A stretch of DNA of 60,303 nucleotides, filler included, from Sphacelaria rigidula (lineage: Eukaryota): assembly GCA_964200075.2 (NCBI GenBank). It is 10 parts of 10 records of this genome, joined end to end, with 100 filler letters (N's around TTAATTAATTAA, not from the genome) between each part and the next. Parts side by side here need not be neighbours in the genome. Positions count along the whole stretch, not along the records: positions 36,245 to 42,184 come from CAXNAA020023324.1; positions 42,285 to 48,224 come from CAXNAA020023325.1; positions 48,325 to 54,264 come from CAXNAA020023326.1; 7 more parts are not named here. The stretch is one strand, 5' to 3'. This document shows, in pieces, positions 38,376 to 51,024 of this stretch. The notes under the pieces are model-generated. The model did not search any database. It saw only the letters and a list, made by a program, of their open reading frames with translations, and was not told the origin of the DNA. The first letter of the stretch is position 1; each line of letters starts with the position of its first letter. The position numbers and the translations under genes were made by a program.

Positions 38376-40450
38376 GTTGCTTAACCTTTCGACCGCCAGA
38401 GGTTTCCACAAGGGGAATAGACATCATTTTCACTTGGAAACAGGACTGATGAGATGCCGGTTCAATAAATGAACGCCTCCGGCGATCAAACGGTTGACCT
38501 TTTGGCTGTGAGCCTCGCCTCGAAATAATTCCGCTGGCTGACGGCCCAGGGACATTCAGGGGTTTCCTTTTCAGGAGCCGAGGGAGTAATGTTTTTGAAA
38601 GGGATGGATGTTCGCGGAGCAGCCAAAAAGCTCGCAAAGTCAACCATGCGTGCTTGGAAGTTTCCCGCGAAAACGTTTAAGCAGGGAACTGGGCCCGAGA
38701 GGAGGGGAGCGATCTTTCTGATAGTTGTGGTTGATCGGAATAATCACTTTGTTCTCCTACTAATGAAATGCAGCTGGACTACTACTTGAGTGACGACCGC
38801 GCACTCATAAATAGCGTAGGCGACGGCTGCGCCTTTTGAACCTTTTCCGTATACACCTATGGTATAGTAGAAGCAGTACAGGCAGGAAAATAGAGGGTAT
38901 AGTTGAGACGATGTGGCATACGTGTAGGATGAAAACACGTTCCAAGTGTGCTGACCCTTCCCCGAAAATACCAGGACTGCCGCCGAAGCATAGATAAATA
39001 GGACGAAAGGGTTGGTGTTGCTGTTTGCGTATGTCGTAGCAGTAGCGGCTGCCAGCGTGCACCATTTGCAAACCATAAAGGCATGTACACCACGACAACG
39101 GGGAACTGCTCAGCGACGACATCTATACCTGACTCTGCACGCACTTGACTTGTAGCTCAAAACCGGTCAAAGCTTCTGAAATGCGTTCTATATACAGTAT
39201 ATATATATATATATGCCCAACAAATGCGTGTTCATGAAAAACTACGTTTTGTGTTTCGAAAAAAAAGCTATTCTGCACCCCAATTAAGGCATACCGTAGG
39301 TCATCTGAAGTCACCTGCGGGAGATTCGCGGTCAAGGGGTTAAAAGTACTTGTCTTTTCATGCATATCAGAAGCATTCTTGAGGTTTAACTCTGACTTTG
39401 ATTATGCACGGACAGATACCAAGGTTTCACGGCTTGCGAGTTAAAATCAGTATCCACGAGTGCCGAGCCTCACCTAGAAATCGTGCAATTCTCTGCAGAG
39501 TGGTCAGAGAATGGCGAGTGCCCCTGAGCTACCAGTACGAAATACTGATGGGGCAGAGTAAGCGTTTGACGGCCACGCGGGGTCGTCGATGAACGCACCC
39601 ACAGCATACTATTCCGTTGTGGTGTCTCTATTTTTCACGACATTGGCAAAATGTGATGAACTGTAGTGAAAACATCCAACCCTTGACCATACCGTACATT
39701 TTCCGCGTGTCGCTGCTTTCGCCCCACTTGCAATCCTGCCGCGGATCAAGCATTCCCTGCCCATTAAGTACAACAACGCATCACCCGTTTTCATTCTGTT
39801 GGAGAACGGGGTAAGCCTCTGTAACTCCAGATGTGGCGAGGAGTGCCGAACGACGGCCTGCCATCAACATCTTACGGGGCGAAGGGCGCGGCCGTGGGTA
39901 CGGATACCCTTCGATGCTCGAGCGGTAGCACCATGGCTAACTCCCCGTGCCGTAGCACTGTAGCTGATTCTTGCGACGACCGGCCCGAGGGCTCCTTCAA
40001 TTCTCAGTACGATATCGAAGGTGGGGACTTGACAGGAGAATTCTGTGATACAGTGAAGCACTACGCAATTATCACGCGTTGGCATGGCAAGAGCCATCAC
40101 AGCGGGTGGTAGTCTGGGTAAGGGGTGTAGGGTACGTTCAGGGTACTACTCCCTTGATAATGTAGCAGCTGGAGCACTAAACTTTGGTGCGGTATTCGGC
40201 AAAAGGGTGGCACCGAAACAAATGTTGACACCCTGTCGTCGACGATACTCTCGCCGGTTGCGGACAACCTGTCTTTACTCCATCTTTGTGTTGCACAATC
40301 ATCCCTTACCCAACGCGCAAGACATCTCACGTACGTACAATACGTCCTTGGATTTATCCCGCATTGTCATCTCCTCACTCTATCAGCAGATGCAACCGCT
40401 ATTCTTGGACATGGAGCTTTCTCTGCGGTTCGCGTGGTGGCTACTCGCAG

Positions 40451-41727
40451 GAAGAACGGGCGGAAGTATGAAGCAAAAGTGGTGAAGCGATCTGAGCTTC
40501 CGGACAGCGGATTAGCTACCCTTCGGCGAGAGGTAGCGCTGTTGCAAGAGCTACATCACCCGAACATCGTTCGGCTGCTCGGTTGGTACGAAGAGGACGT
40601 GTCGCACCTGTACATGGTGTTTGAACTCTGTGAAGGTATGTGAGCGAACCCAACCCTTAGTCTAGAATAGACGGTACTTTTTTGCACCTTCCCGAAGCTT
40701 CGCACGCCAGTCGAGAACATATATCGTAAAATGCGGCGATGTCACTCATAAGGCACGAGAACAAACTCTGCGCTTGTGGTCATTTGTCGAGATTTCATCC
40801 CCGCACGCCGTGCCGCGTAATACGGCCACCTGGGTGACCGGTGCAGAATTGGCCCGCTAGCGGAAAGTAAGGGCGAGAAATCGAGTTTGAATGTTGGAGG
40901 CTCATGTCACGAAGAGAGCGCTGCAAGTTTTCCCCATCTGCTTCAACAAGGAAGGCATTAAACTTTCGTGTTGCGAAATTGCATGGCGACAATGCCGAAG
41001 GGGACGAGAGCTGGGGCTCCACCGGTCACAAGCCTGGCCTCCTCCACACCATCCAGACCGGATCCACGGATCTGAGTTTGCCTTTGCTGTCGCGGCTCCG
41101 AGAATTTTGTTGATATTTTACACCAATAATTTCTTCCATTGTCCAGGTGTACCTACCGCTTGAATCAGCATCATTCTCACTCAAGAGATAGCAGCCCGAC
41201 TCTGGTGTCTGTACACGGGCGCTGAATGAGCTAGCACTACAAGTTTTGCTGCTCCTGACCCCGGGCTGGATTGTTGCAATCAGCTACTGTGAGATAATCA
41301 ATCAAAAACATAATGTCAACATTATCTGTTTGATCGTGCGGCATACATCGCAGCTTACAGGGTCAGAGAGACCATTGGAATCCGTGGCTGAGAACGACTT
41401 CCAGCACAAATATGGAGCTAAAAGTTCATCACCAAATGGTTGGTCTTTCATGTTCTCGGAAATGTTCGGTCGAATCACCATTGACGAGGTCAGCTCGATT
41501 TCTCCCCATTCGAGTATGGCGTGGAGCCTAAGTTCAATGGTGTCTTTCTACCAGCGGCAAGACCCTGTGTTCGTGTACGATGCTCGATACTCGTAGGTGG
41601 TGACCTGTTGGACTTTATCGGATCGAAGACCACCTACAACGAAAAGGAGCCACGGGATGTCGTTCTAAAGTTGCTTGAAACGGTGAAGTACATGCACGAC
41701 AGAGGCATCGTACACCGTGATCTTCAG
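40451..41727 (+). CDS. CAMK-family Ser/Thr protein kinase, internal exons; possibly degenerate
   Basis: Exons 40451-40635 (YEAKVVK...REVALLQELHHPNIVRL...YMVFELCE) and 41597-41727 (GGDLLDFI...YMHDRGIVHRDLQ), AG/GT bounded and phase-compatible. Candidate upstream exon at ~39831-40105. Confidence 0.85.
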
Positions 41728-42941
41728 GTAAGGATACTTTAATACGGTTCGGCTATAGCCACGATGCTCATTATTCAACAGGATACAGCAGTCCAGATTA
41801 GTGATAGGCTTGTTCGTCATCGACGAACACGTTTCGTTGCAGCTTCGACTCATCGATGTTACCGAGCGTTTTACAGATCGTCCGCCGTGCCCGTTCTTGT
41901 CCATATCCAGCACCCCCCCCCTAACGTGCACACAGCGCACCGGCCATTTTCTCCCCCGTATTGGTTGTATAGTAGATGCGAGGTTCATGAACGTTTAAAT
42001 CGAATCATTATCTCCTCATCACTTTCCGCTCGAAAATACGACGACGAATGTCTTGACTGAGCTTTTGGACAAGGAATCCGGTGGTCTTTTCCCGAAGGGA
42101 ATGCAGTTTCGAGGTGTATTTATGATCATGCATGCCATAGTCATCAGACCATTGACCTCCCATCCCTACAATGCCGGGACGGAGNNNNNNNNNNNNNNNN
42201 NNNNNNNNNNNNNNNNNNNNNNNNNNNNTTAATTAATTAANNNNNNNNNNNNNNNNNNNNNNNNNNNNNNNNNNNNNNNNNNNNCGCTTGTAGCTGACGA
42301 TATCACCAGAGAGAGAAGCAACGACAGAGAGGAAGCTCCTCGCCCGTGTCCTTTGTGTGTCCTCGCTCAGCGATTACCAAATTCTCGAGAGACTGACGTC
42401 ATCGATCTTACCAGCATGTGCCCAAATTTCCCATGTGCTGAAACATCGAGCTGTGGAGAGATTTTCTCTCGTCTTACAATTGTCTGTCAAGCTCACGAAT
42501 GCGAAGATCGATTTCTCTCTGCCTCTCCTTTTGGACAGGACGCGCCTCTGTGCGTCGAAAAACATGCCGTTGAAAAAAACAGGGCAATGTTCCCGTCATC
42601 GCTACTACTGTTCTCTGTCGCACACATGCCAGCAAGGGTGGTGGTGCGGCCATAACAAATAGATTCAATTTGAACTTGGGGGTGTTGTTCATCATGGAAT
42701 TTACCACATCTGGACCTCTGGGTGCCCGACGAGAACAGACTGCCACACGCCAGTTTAGGGGGGTGTATGAAAAATCAAACACTCGTAGAGACCTGTTTGA
42801 CATGCGGAGTGAAAAAAGATGCGTATGGTGGTGACCTAGCTGTTGCTAGTGTGGCGCATAGGAGTTCGTCCATGCTGCAACCTGGAGCACACGCTGGTCG
42901 CGTGAACACCTGGGTACACTGCGAGTAGCTTTCCAGAATTT

Positions 42942-43775
42942 TTCCGATGTCAGGATATCATGCAGTACAACCTGAACGAGAGTGTTCTACGATTAACCAC
43001 TTGTCGTTGCATTTGAGACCCACGCCATCAACCGCCGACAGCAAAGGTCTTGTGACTTTCACGCACCGCTGTCGGTAGTACGGCAGGCAAACCAGATCAT
43101 AGCTAGCTTTCGTTGCTACCGTACTCACTCCCGACCGGAGTTCGCAACGGGTATGAAAGCGAAACAGTTGGTTTTTCTCAACTTCATTCACGCAATTTAG
43201 ACGACTCTCAAGACCTGAGGGAGGACGGCTTCCCTGTCCCCTCGCCAGGTATTAATGAAGGTCAGTAGAGTTTTTACGACCGCATAGAACACTAATGGGG
43301 GTGCGGAAAGTTTCTTCTCCATGAAAATGCGTGTTTTTCAACCTGTTTAGTGCACATTTTTTTTCTAGTACGAACGGTAACTTGTCGATATCCTTTCTGT
43401 TCTCCACGAACTGGCTGATGCCGATCTCAGAAAAGTTTGGCATTGCTGTTCGACGGTATATTTGCGTGTTTAGCCGGACCCGAGGCGGCCACCTTCCCTC
43501 AGGTCTTGAGAGTCGTCTCAATTGTGTGGATGAAGTTGAGAAAAATCAACGGTTTCGCTTTCATACCCGTTGCGAACTCCGGTCGGGAGTGAGTACGGTA
43601 GCAACGAAAGCTAGCTATGATCGGGTTTGCCTGCCGTACTGCCGACAGCGTTGCGTGAAAGCCACAACACCTTTGCTGTCGGCGACTGATGGCGTGGGTC
43701 TCAAATGCAACGACAAGTCGTTAATCGTAGAGCACTCTCGTTCAGGTTGTAATGCATGACCTCCTGACATCGGAA
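42942..43775. mobile_element. Long-TIR (foldback / Mutator-like) non-autonomous element
   Basis: ~280-bp arms (42942-43221 and 43495-43775) around a ~270-bp spacer; the ORF track shows near-identical peptides on opposite strands. Confidence 0.85.
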
Positions 43776-45519
43776 CCTGAAAAAAACTTAATCCGCATTC
43801 ACACGTATATATGTATGAGCTACTTGCATAGGCATCGGATTTCATGAGCCCTTTAGACACAGCGAACAATAATAATTTGCGACGAAATCTTCCTTAAAGG
43901 ATCTGTGAACCGTACAGTCACACGTGGCCTCAGATGCCTTATGTGCCCTGTAAAATCAACGAATATAACATTGTTCACACAAAATATCAACTCGCGGATT
44001 GCTACTTGACACGAGAGTTGAACCATAGAAGAGGCGGTCACTACATGCACTTGTGTGTGTATATATATATGTGTGTGTTTTGCAGCATGTCCCCTGAAAT
44101 TTGTATAGCATATCACACAGATGCCCTCCATAAATGTCATACGCAACACATGTGGTTTGCGGTACTGTGTCCTACAATATACGACAATCATATGCACAGG
44201 CATTTTTTGCCTGTTTACCCATAATCAATCATGCTTATTAGCAACATTTATGCAAAATAGCAAACCTCACAAAAACATTATACACATTTCACTGATGTGC
44301 CGTTGTTGTACTTTCCCTGCCCCAACGCTTATGAGCGCGACTGTGATAGCTAGTTGACACTCGACTTCAAAGCATATGGGCGTAGTGCGCAATCAAAACC
44401 TTCTCTACGCAGGTTGATAAACGAATCCACCCTTGACAATGTTTTCGTGAGATTGAGAGTAGAGTGCTGATTGAGAGTGGCTTTGATCATTCGCTCTAGC
44501 TTGTTCATTTTTTATTCCAGGTGTGCTTTTCTTTGCCTCCATCACTAGAGTTTGCTTACAGCCACACGTCGATATCCTACTCAGGGATATCAAGGGGCTC
44601 AGTGGCGCAAGCTTCAACAGGAAGCATATCGGGCCTCGTGGAGGGTAATTTCGGAACTGAAACGATTCATTCACTATTTGACCGCTTTACACTCTCAACC
44701 GTATCCTCTACTCTCAATCTCACGAAAGCATTGTTCCTTGTTTGTACGGTACAATTCTCGCGCTAGACAATTTTCAAATAAGCCAAGGTCCTGCATACAG
44801 ACCGGTGCAGTAAAATCAGTAACGAAACCTCAAATCAATCACGACGTGCTTGCCAACTATGCGCTATGGTGTACAGCCAATCTCTCCTCAAATATTATTT
44901 TTGGAAAGTTCCTGATTCTTGTGTAAAGTCAAACGAGCACAAAATAGGACATAGATGTCAGGGTCTGATATTCCGCTAAAGATGCGTCGTCGTCTGTCAG
45001 ATATTGAATATAAGAGCCATATTTTTTTGCATTTTCGGTTCGCAACTTGTCTTTACCTACCGACATGAAACTATGTGTAGCGCTCGTGTGTGTAGCGTTG
45101 GCGGTAAAAAGGTTTCTGTCGCTCTGTTCTGGTTTCAGATTATCCAGATTTTCCGCCGAAATTTGAAACGGTTGGTGCGGCTTCTCCGTATGTAACGCGG
45201 GGTCCTCTGAGACATTTCGATAAATTGGCGCGAGAAGGGGTTTGACCTCATGATTCTTCTCCTTTTCGGAACGAAAAAGCCTCGGCAGAGTGTCCGGAAC
45301 GATGTTTACTTCTTCAATTTTTCCGGTTTGTGCTTCACAGTAATATCATACGACTGTAAAGCTATCGTAGTGCTGCATGGTCTGTCACACACGTGAAATC
45401 TCTTCCCCATAAGAACGGGCGCCAGTGCTGTATAGTTAGTATAACTTCATAACATTCTTTGAGTGTGGTAGAGTAGTGCCGCTGAGCATGGGTAAAACGT
45501 TGACTGAAATACGCTAAGA

Positions 45520-48105
45520 TTACAGTTTTGCCTTCCTTTTCCTGGGTTCTACTTCCTTGGCTGCCTTTTTTTTCGTGAAATCTACCAGCGGCCCGATCAC
45601 CTGTGAGAGGTTCGGAGTAAATTTCCTCACAAAATGTATCGTGCCTAACACCAACCGTAATTGCTTGATATTGTTTGGCGTGGGTAAATTCAATATGATA
45701 TTTACGCGGTCTTCCCCAATTTTGATCCCGTCAGCGGACAAAGTGTAGCCGAGGTACTTGACCTCCTTAGGTCCAAACTTTACTTTGGAGGTTTTGAGAG
45801 TAAGACCTGTATTTTTCAGTGCTTTAAACATGTCTTCCGGTAGAGTCAGGTGGCGTCCCCATGTGGAGGAACAACAGGCGATTAAATCATTTGTTACACT
45901 GACAAACCGCTCTTGGGTCCCAAGTGTGAGAACATAAGAGCCATTCTTTGCGAAACAATTATCGAGATGCCAAGCCAAACGGCAGTCGATTGAACATCTA
46001 TTTACCTTCTCTCCGTAACGAAGGCCGTTTTTTTTCTCCTCCTCCGCTATTGGCGTTTGATGGAACGCGTTCTCTACATCGAAGGCAGAGATAAATGTTT
46101 TGCCTCACACGCGGCTATTTGGCTACCCCCAAAAATACCTCCGGGGGGATGCGCTGCCCTCCAGAGGCAAAAAAAGTCTCCGGAGACCTTCAATCCCTCT
46201 CGGAGGAAACCAAACACTACCGCCCTGGAGGGCCGCGCACCCCTCCGGAGAAATTTGGGGGTAGCGAAATGCCTCCGGAGGGATGCGCGGCCCTCCAGAA
46301 GCCGACACAAGCTTCCGGAGGCCTTCAATCGTTTTGGAGGAAGCCAAAAAATAACTCCTCTGGAGGGCCGTGCACCCCTCCGGAGGCGTTTAGTTCCTAG
46401 GGGGGCTCAGAAAGTTGACCGCCCTGGAGAAATTTTGGGGATAGCCAAATGGACGCGTGTGCTACCACCGTGTCTATGTATCTGTCCAAATTAGTCATGA
46501 GCCATGACTCAGAGTGGATCTATAGTCGACACAAAATCGGGTTGCACCATCATTTTTAGCTACAATAGTCACCGCAGAGCCCCATGGGCTGGCTCTTTGT
46601 TCTATTATCCCGTCTCGCTCCACCTCATCTTCGCATTTATCGATGACTTCTTGGATCCTGGGGTTGGCCCGGTACGGGGCCCCATTGCTGGACTTCGTGC
46701 CCGGAACTAGGAGAAATGTTGCTTTCCCGATCGTGCAACACCCTAGCTTCTGCGGTGATAGTGAGAACACTGACCTGCATTTTGTGCATAAATCGAGCAC
46801 TTGGCTCTTTTGGTTTCAGAAAAGGTGATATTTTGAAAAGCATTTTCGAGCGCTGTCGTCAGTTCTTCTCGTACGTCAGTATTTTGTTGCTCGACTTGTG
46901 ACATTTCACTGACATTTTTCTTCGGCTTGCTTCTCTCAACTTGTGACATGTATCCTAAAAGCAAACTTCGTGGGAGTGGGACATGCCGATTCGACGGATT
47001 TTTTACTTGCATCATAGCTGTTTTGTTTACCACTGACCGAATGCAGGCTGTGCGTGCTACAACGAGGCGACTAAGAGCATTCGGTACTTCTTTTGTATTG
47101 GACGTCTTCACCCCTTACAACTCGTGGCCCAATGACCGCTTCAGTCGTAAGTGTTGGCGTCTCATTTCGACGAGAAGAGCCATCTCACTTCGAGGTGGGA
47201 CCGAGCACCTCTTTGAGAGGTACACTGGTACATTTTCAGCCGATGCTACCCATATGACAGAACAATAATCATTTTCCGAACACGTCGGATAAACGTTTCT
47301 GTCTCTTCTTCTGTGAGTAGCGATGAGGCGGACTAATGAACTACGGAACGTCAAAGTTTCTGCTTGCCGATCGAGGATTCCTCCAAATACGCTCATTACT
47401 GAGTTCTCTATCAGCATAAGATTCGGACCGAAATCCCTGAGGACAAATGCGTCTACGGGCATGTTTATGTCACCTAGCGTGAGATCAAAACGACTAAATC
47501 TCTTTGTCGTGATTGGTGACCCGTCGGCGATCCTTACATCAAAATAACGCCGTGGGACGCATTGAATGTCCTTTTCGCTCAAAGTGGGGTGTGAACGAAT
47601 GAATTTCAAGCTGATGGCCGGAAGGTCTGAAACAGTATCAATGGTGATCGGTGGGACTTCCGTTCCATTTACTCTGGCTGGAACCTGCACCCTCGCTGAT
47701 GCAGGTCGCAACGTTGCCGGGTTCCTGGGGTACCGGTCTAACGAAGACATGAAGAAAGACTCGAATTCTGTCGAGCTTGGGGGGCAAAACGTTTGATGTG
47801 TGCTTCTCGTTATTTCGCAAAGACGTCTTGCTTACAGAAGCAGCTTGGGTGGCGATGCCCAGGTGGCGATACTTCTTAGTAAACATCTTATTTTGACCTA
47901 TTTTACTCCGAACTTACCTATGTGTACTAGCCTTCGTAGCGTAGCCCCTTCCACATGTACTCTCTTCCATCACCTCACAGAACAAGCTACGTCCTGGCTG
48001 GCAAATCGCACACGTTTCTTGCCCTTTTTTATGTTTCGCCAGAGGGTCGGCGTCTATTTCACAGTGCGCAATCTTTCCCCTCGATCTCTTGTACTCTCGG
48101 GTCAC
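45520..48105 (-). mobile_element. Decayed Ty3/Gypsy pol (protease and RT), interrupted by an insertion
   Basis: Protease-like ITIDTVSDL; RT start PYRANP...SPWGSAVTIVAKNDGATRFCVDYR; RT end KFGPKEVKYLGY...FVRKFTPNLS; YxDD motif degenerate. Confidence 0.85.
46106..46461. mobile_element. CACTA/CMC-like MITE nested in the Gypsy RT region
   Basis: Termini CACACGCG...CGCGTGTG extending to ~30-bp imperfect TIRs, 2-bp CT on both flanks, many internal cctccggag repeats. Confidence 0.65.
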
Positions 48106-48800
48106 GCTTGCTACCTTAGAAACTCCATTTAGAGATCATACGGTAGTTAACAACAAATTGTGCGAATTGAGGTTTAACTTTGAGATGAGGTTAAGCCTAA
48201 AACAGTGCTTTCCTCACACTTTCANNNNNNNNNNNNNNNNNNNNNNNNNNNNNNNNNNNNNNNNNNNNTTAATTAATTAANNNNNNNNNNNNNNNNNNNN
48301 NNNNNNNNNNNNNNNNNNNNNNNNAGCACAACGAGAAGCTGGTTAATCCCACGGTTGGGTTCGTTCTAATCAATGTTGCCAATATGAGGCGCTTCATCCG
48401 AACATCAGGCGCTGTATGGTCATTTTTTTCGTGACACTATAAGGTGGTTTTGGGGGGGGGCTATCGTAGAAAGTGTCCGTACTGTTATGATTCTGTAGGG
48501 TCCACCATCTCGTCGTCCGGACAAGACGTTCAACATGGAGGCGCCTCCTCATCATCTCAAACCAAAACAGACGCCCTGGTCGTGGAGATATCGTGAGAGT
48601 AGGTCTTGACTCTTGCATTACATGGTCATTTCTGGTTAGAATGGAATGGAGGCGTGAGCGGTGAGCAAGCAGGCTACGTGTTTTGCTCACCTTAGACAGC
48701 GACAAAACGCACGCCGAGACATGCAAAGGCCTACGGTGGAGGAGGCCTTTGAGCATATACGCCAGTTCGCCGTGCGTTGCTTGTGTGTTTTTGGTCCTTA

Positions 48801-49164
48801 GCGCCCCGGTGACTCAGTTGGTAAGCTCGAAACCTGTTGACGATTGGGTCGTGGGTGCGAATCTCGGTGCAGTCACACGATCTGGGATTTTTTCTCACAC
48901 AGTGCCCAACAGTGGAGAGTGACTATGCCGTTAGTACACAAAATTCGACGTCACGGTCGACGAGGGGAAGGGAGCGCTGAATCCCTCTCTCGATGAAAAA
49001 GAATGAGGCAAGCACCGCAGAAGGAAGGTGGAGAACTAGAACAAATGAAGAACAAATTCCTTTGTTGGCCTTTCTACTGTGCGACCCCTGCTGATGCGCC
49101 CACACATACCGAAATGTGTAGACTGGCGTCCAGAATAGATGGGATGCCAACACACACACAACAC
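48801..49164 (+). mobile_element. tRNA-derived SINE family B copy
   Basis: gccccggtgactcagttggt head, GGTGCGAATC B-box-like motif, family body, CA tail. Confidence 0.8.
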
Positions 49165-49676
49165 GCGTGTCTGTGTTAATGGATAATATGACCAAGGAAA
49201 AGACCACCGAAACGTCTCTCACACAATTTACCGGAGTCACGCGAATTGATGCTGCTCGCTTGACTCCGGACGTTTCCCCGCTGAGCAAGGCGCCCGGTGC
49301 CCAGCTGAAGAGTGTCCAAACCGCCCATCTGCCGTGCTTGACAGATATGTATCTTTACTTCGTGCGATTCAAGGAACCAAACGCTGCTATCAATGATGTT
49401 CTGACAGGATGGGGCCTTCACAGCGTGGAAATTTCAAAGATTTCCCCGCTTGGTTACATTTCGTCCAAAATTGTCGGACGAGAGAGATGTTTCTACGCTA
49501 CTCCACACCCACCCAATGCAATACATGTTTGAAACCGCCCAGAAGCACGCGCACTTTTATTTGTCGTTTCTTTTCATCGGGTCCCACAATAAAAGATCTC
49601 TTGAGCCAAGCCATCTTGTCAGTTTCTATTTGGACTATAGCAGCTGTGCCGAGTCATCAATACTCAATCGGAAACA

Positions 49677-49950
49677 TCCACACGTCTGACAGATCATGAT
49701 TTGTCTGGAAATGACTTATTCTCAGTATACTGATCTGGATCATGATCTGGATAATGATCCGGATCACTTGGGCCCCCTTTTCCATGTGTGCTCCTTGCAG
49801 CGACGGACGCTGAGCACGCTGAGTAGTGCAAAGGTTGCGCTTTGGCTTTTCAGACTCCGCGGTCACATACTTTGTGTTTTGGGGCCAACGGACTCGAGAG
49901 TCTTCTATGAATAGCTGTTTTAGACAGATCATGATCTGTTCGACGTGTAG
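49677..49950. mobile_element. GATC-rich MITE-like element
   Basis: cacgtctgacagatcatgatttgtct ... agacagatcatgatctgttcgacgtg inverted ends with internal gatcatgatctg repeats. Confidence 0.55.
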
Positions 49951-50194
49951 GAACGTCCGAGATGAGCTGACTCGAATCAACACAACAGTTTTTTTTTTCC
50001 CCGAGACTCGACCGACGAGTCAACGCCCCATGACTATTGATAAGACCCGTAGAAGTGCAGTGACTTCGACAGGTGAGGGAAACTATTACCTGAGGGGCAT
50101 TGATAATAGCTTCCCCCCCCCCCGAAATCTCTCATTTTTCCGGATCTTTTTCTTCGAAAAATGTTGGAGTAGATTTCTTAACTATAATAGGTCA

Positions 50195-51024
50195 GGCGGG
50201 GTCTTATCAGAAGTGATAATAACTTTTCAAGAAATTACTTTTGTGAAAAACGACCGATGATTGGTTGCTGCGATACCCCCCCCCCAAAAAAAATTGCCAA
50301 ATAATCACTTTTGCAGGAGTGATTTCAGGTAGTGTGTTTTCACTTCCTGAAATCAGTTTTGTAAAAGTGATTTTGTGACACCTCGAACGAGAACATATAG
50401 CATCCCGTTGACAGGGGCATAACCAAAGGCTTTACAGACGAGTAAAGACAATCAAACGTGAACCTGAGGATCGCATTGCCCTCCCAAACCTAAGCACACC
50501 GCTCCATTCATTGCTGCTCATCAGCTGAGCACGCTGTGCGTGACCTTGCTCAAATCGGTTCAGAATTCAGTGAGAGATGATGATTTGCGTCAGACGCGCG
50601 TACAGCACACGCTCAAAAACAGTCAGCAACAGCACGTTTTCGATTGCTAGTTGACACGCACGCGGCCGCCTTTGATCTAATACTGGACGGATTTACGTCA
50701 AACAAAGGCTGTCGTGTGTAGACGATGAAGAGTTAACGCTTGAGCTAATGCGCGTGAGTGTTGGATGTCAATCCGTCTGTTTCCGTGGCTCGGTGCGTCG
50801 GCGCTGTGCTACCTCTTTGCGTCTTGTCCGCAGCAGTACAGAGATACTGGACTAACGGCCACTTCCAGACTCGCCGCATTTTTCACTTGTGTGCATATCT
50901 GGGCTTCGATCTGAACAAAACTAACTGCTTGTCGATAAGACGGAGCACTGGTCGTTGTGGGGGCAATCATTTCTTCAAAAGTGATTTTTTGAAAATTGAT
51001 AATCACTTCTGATAAGACCCCGCC
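50195..51024. mobile_element. PIF/Harbinger-like non-autonomous element, 830 bp
   Basis: TIR GGCGGGGTCTTATCAGAAGTGAT at both ends (imperfect to ~50 bp); 3-bp TCA on both flanks. Confidence 0.85.

Noticed and set aside
38445..38480. CTGATGA hammerhead-like core
   Set aside because: No stem II followed by GAAA; lies inside a piggyBac-like MITE.
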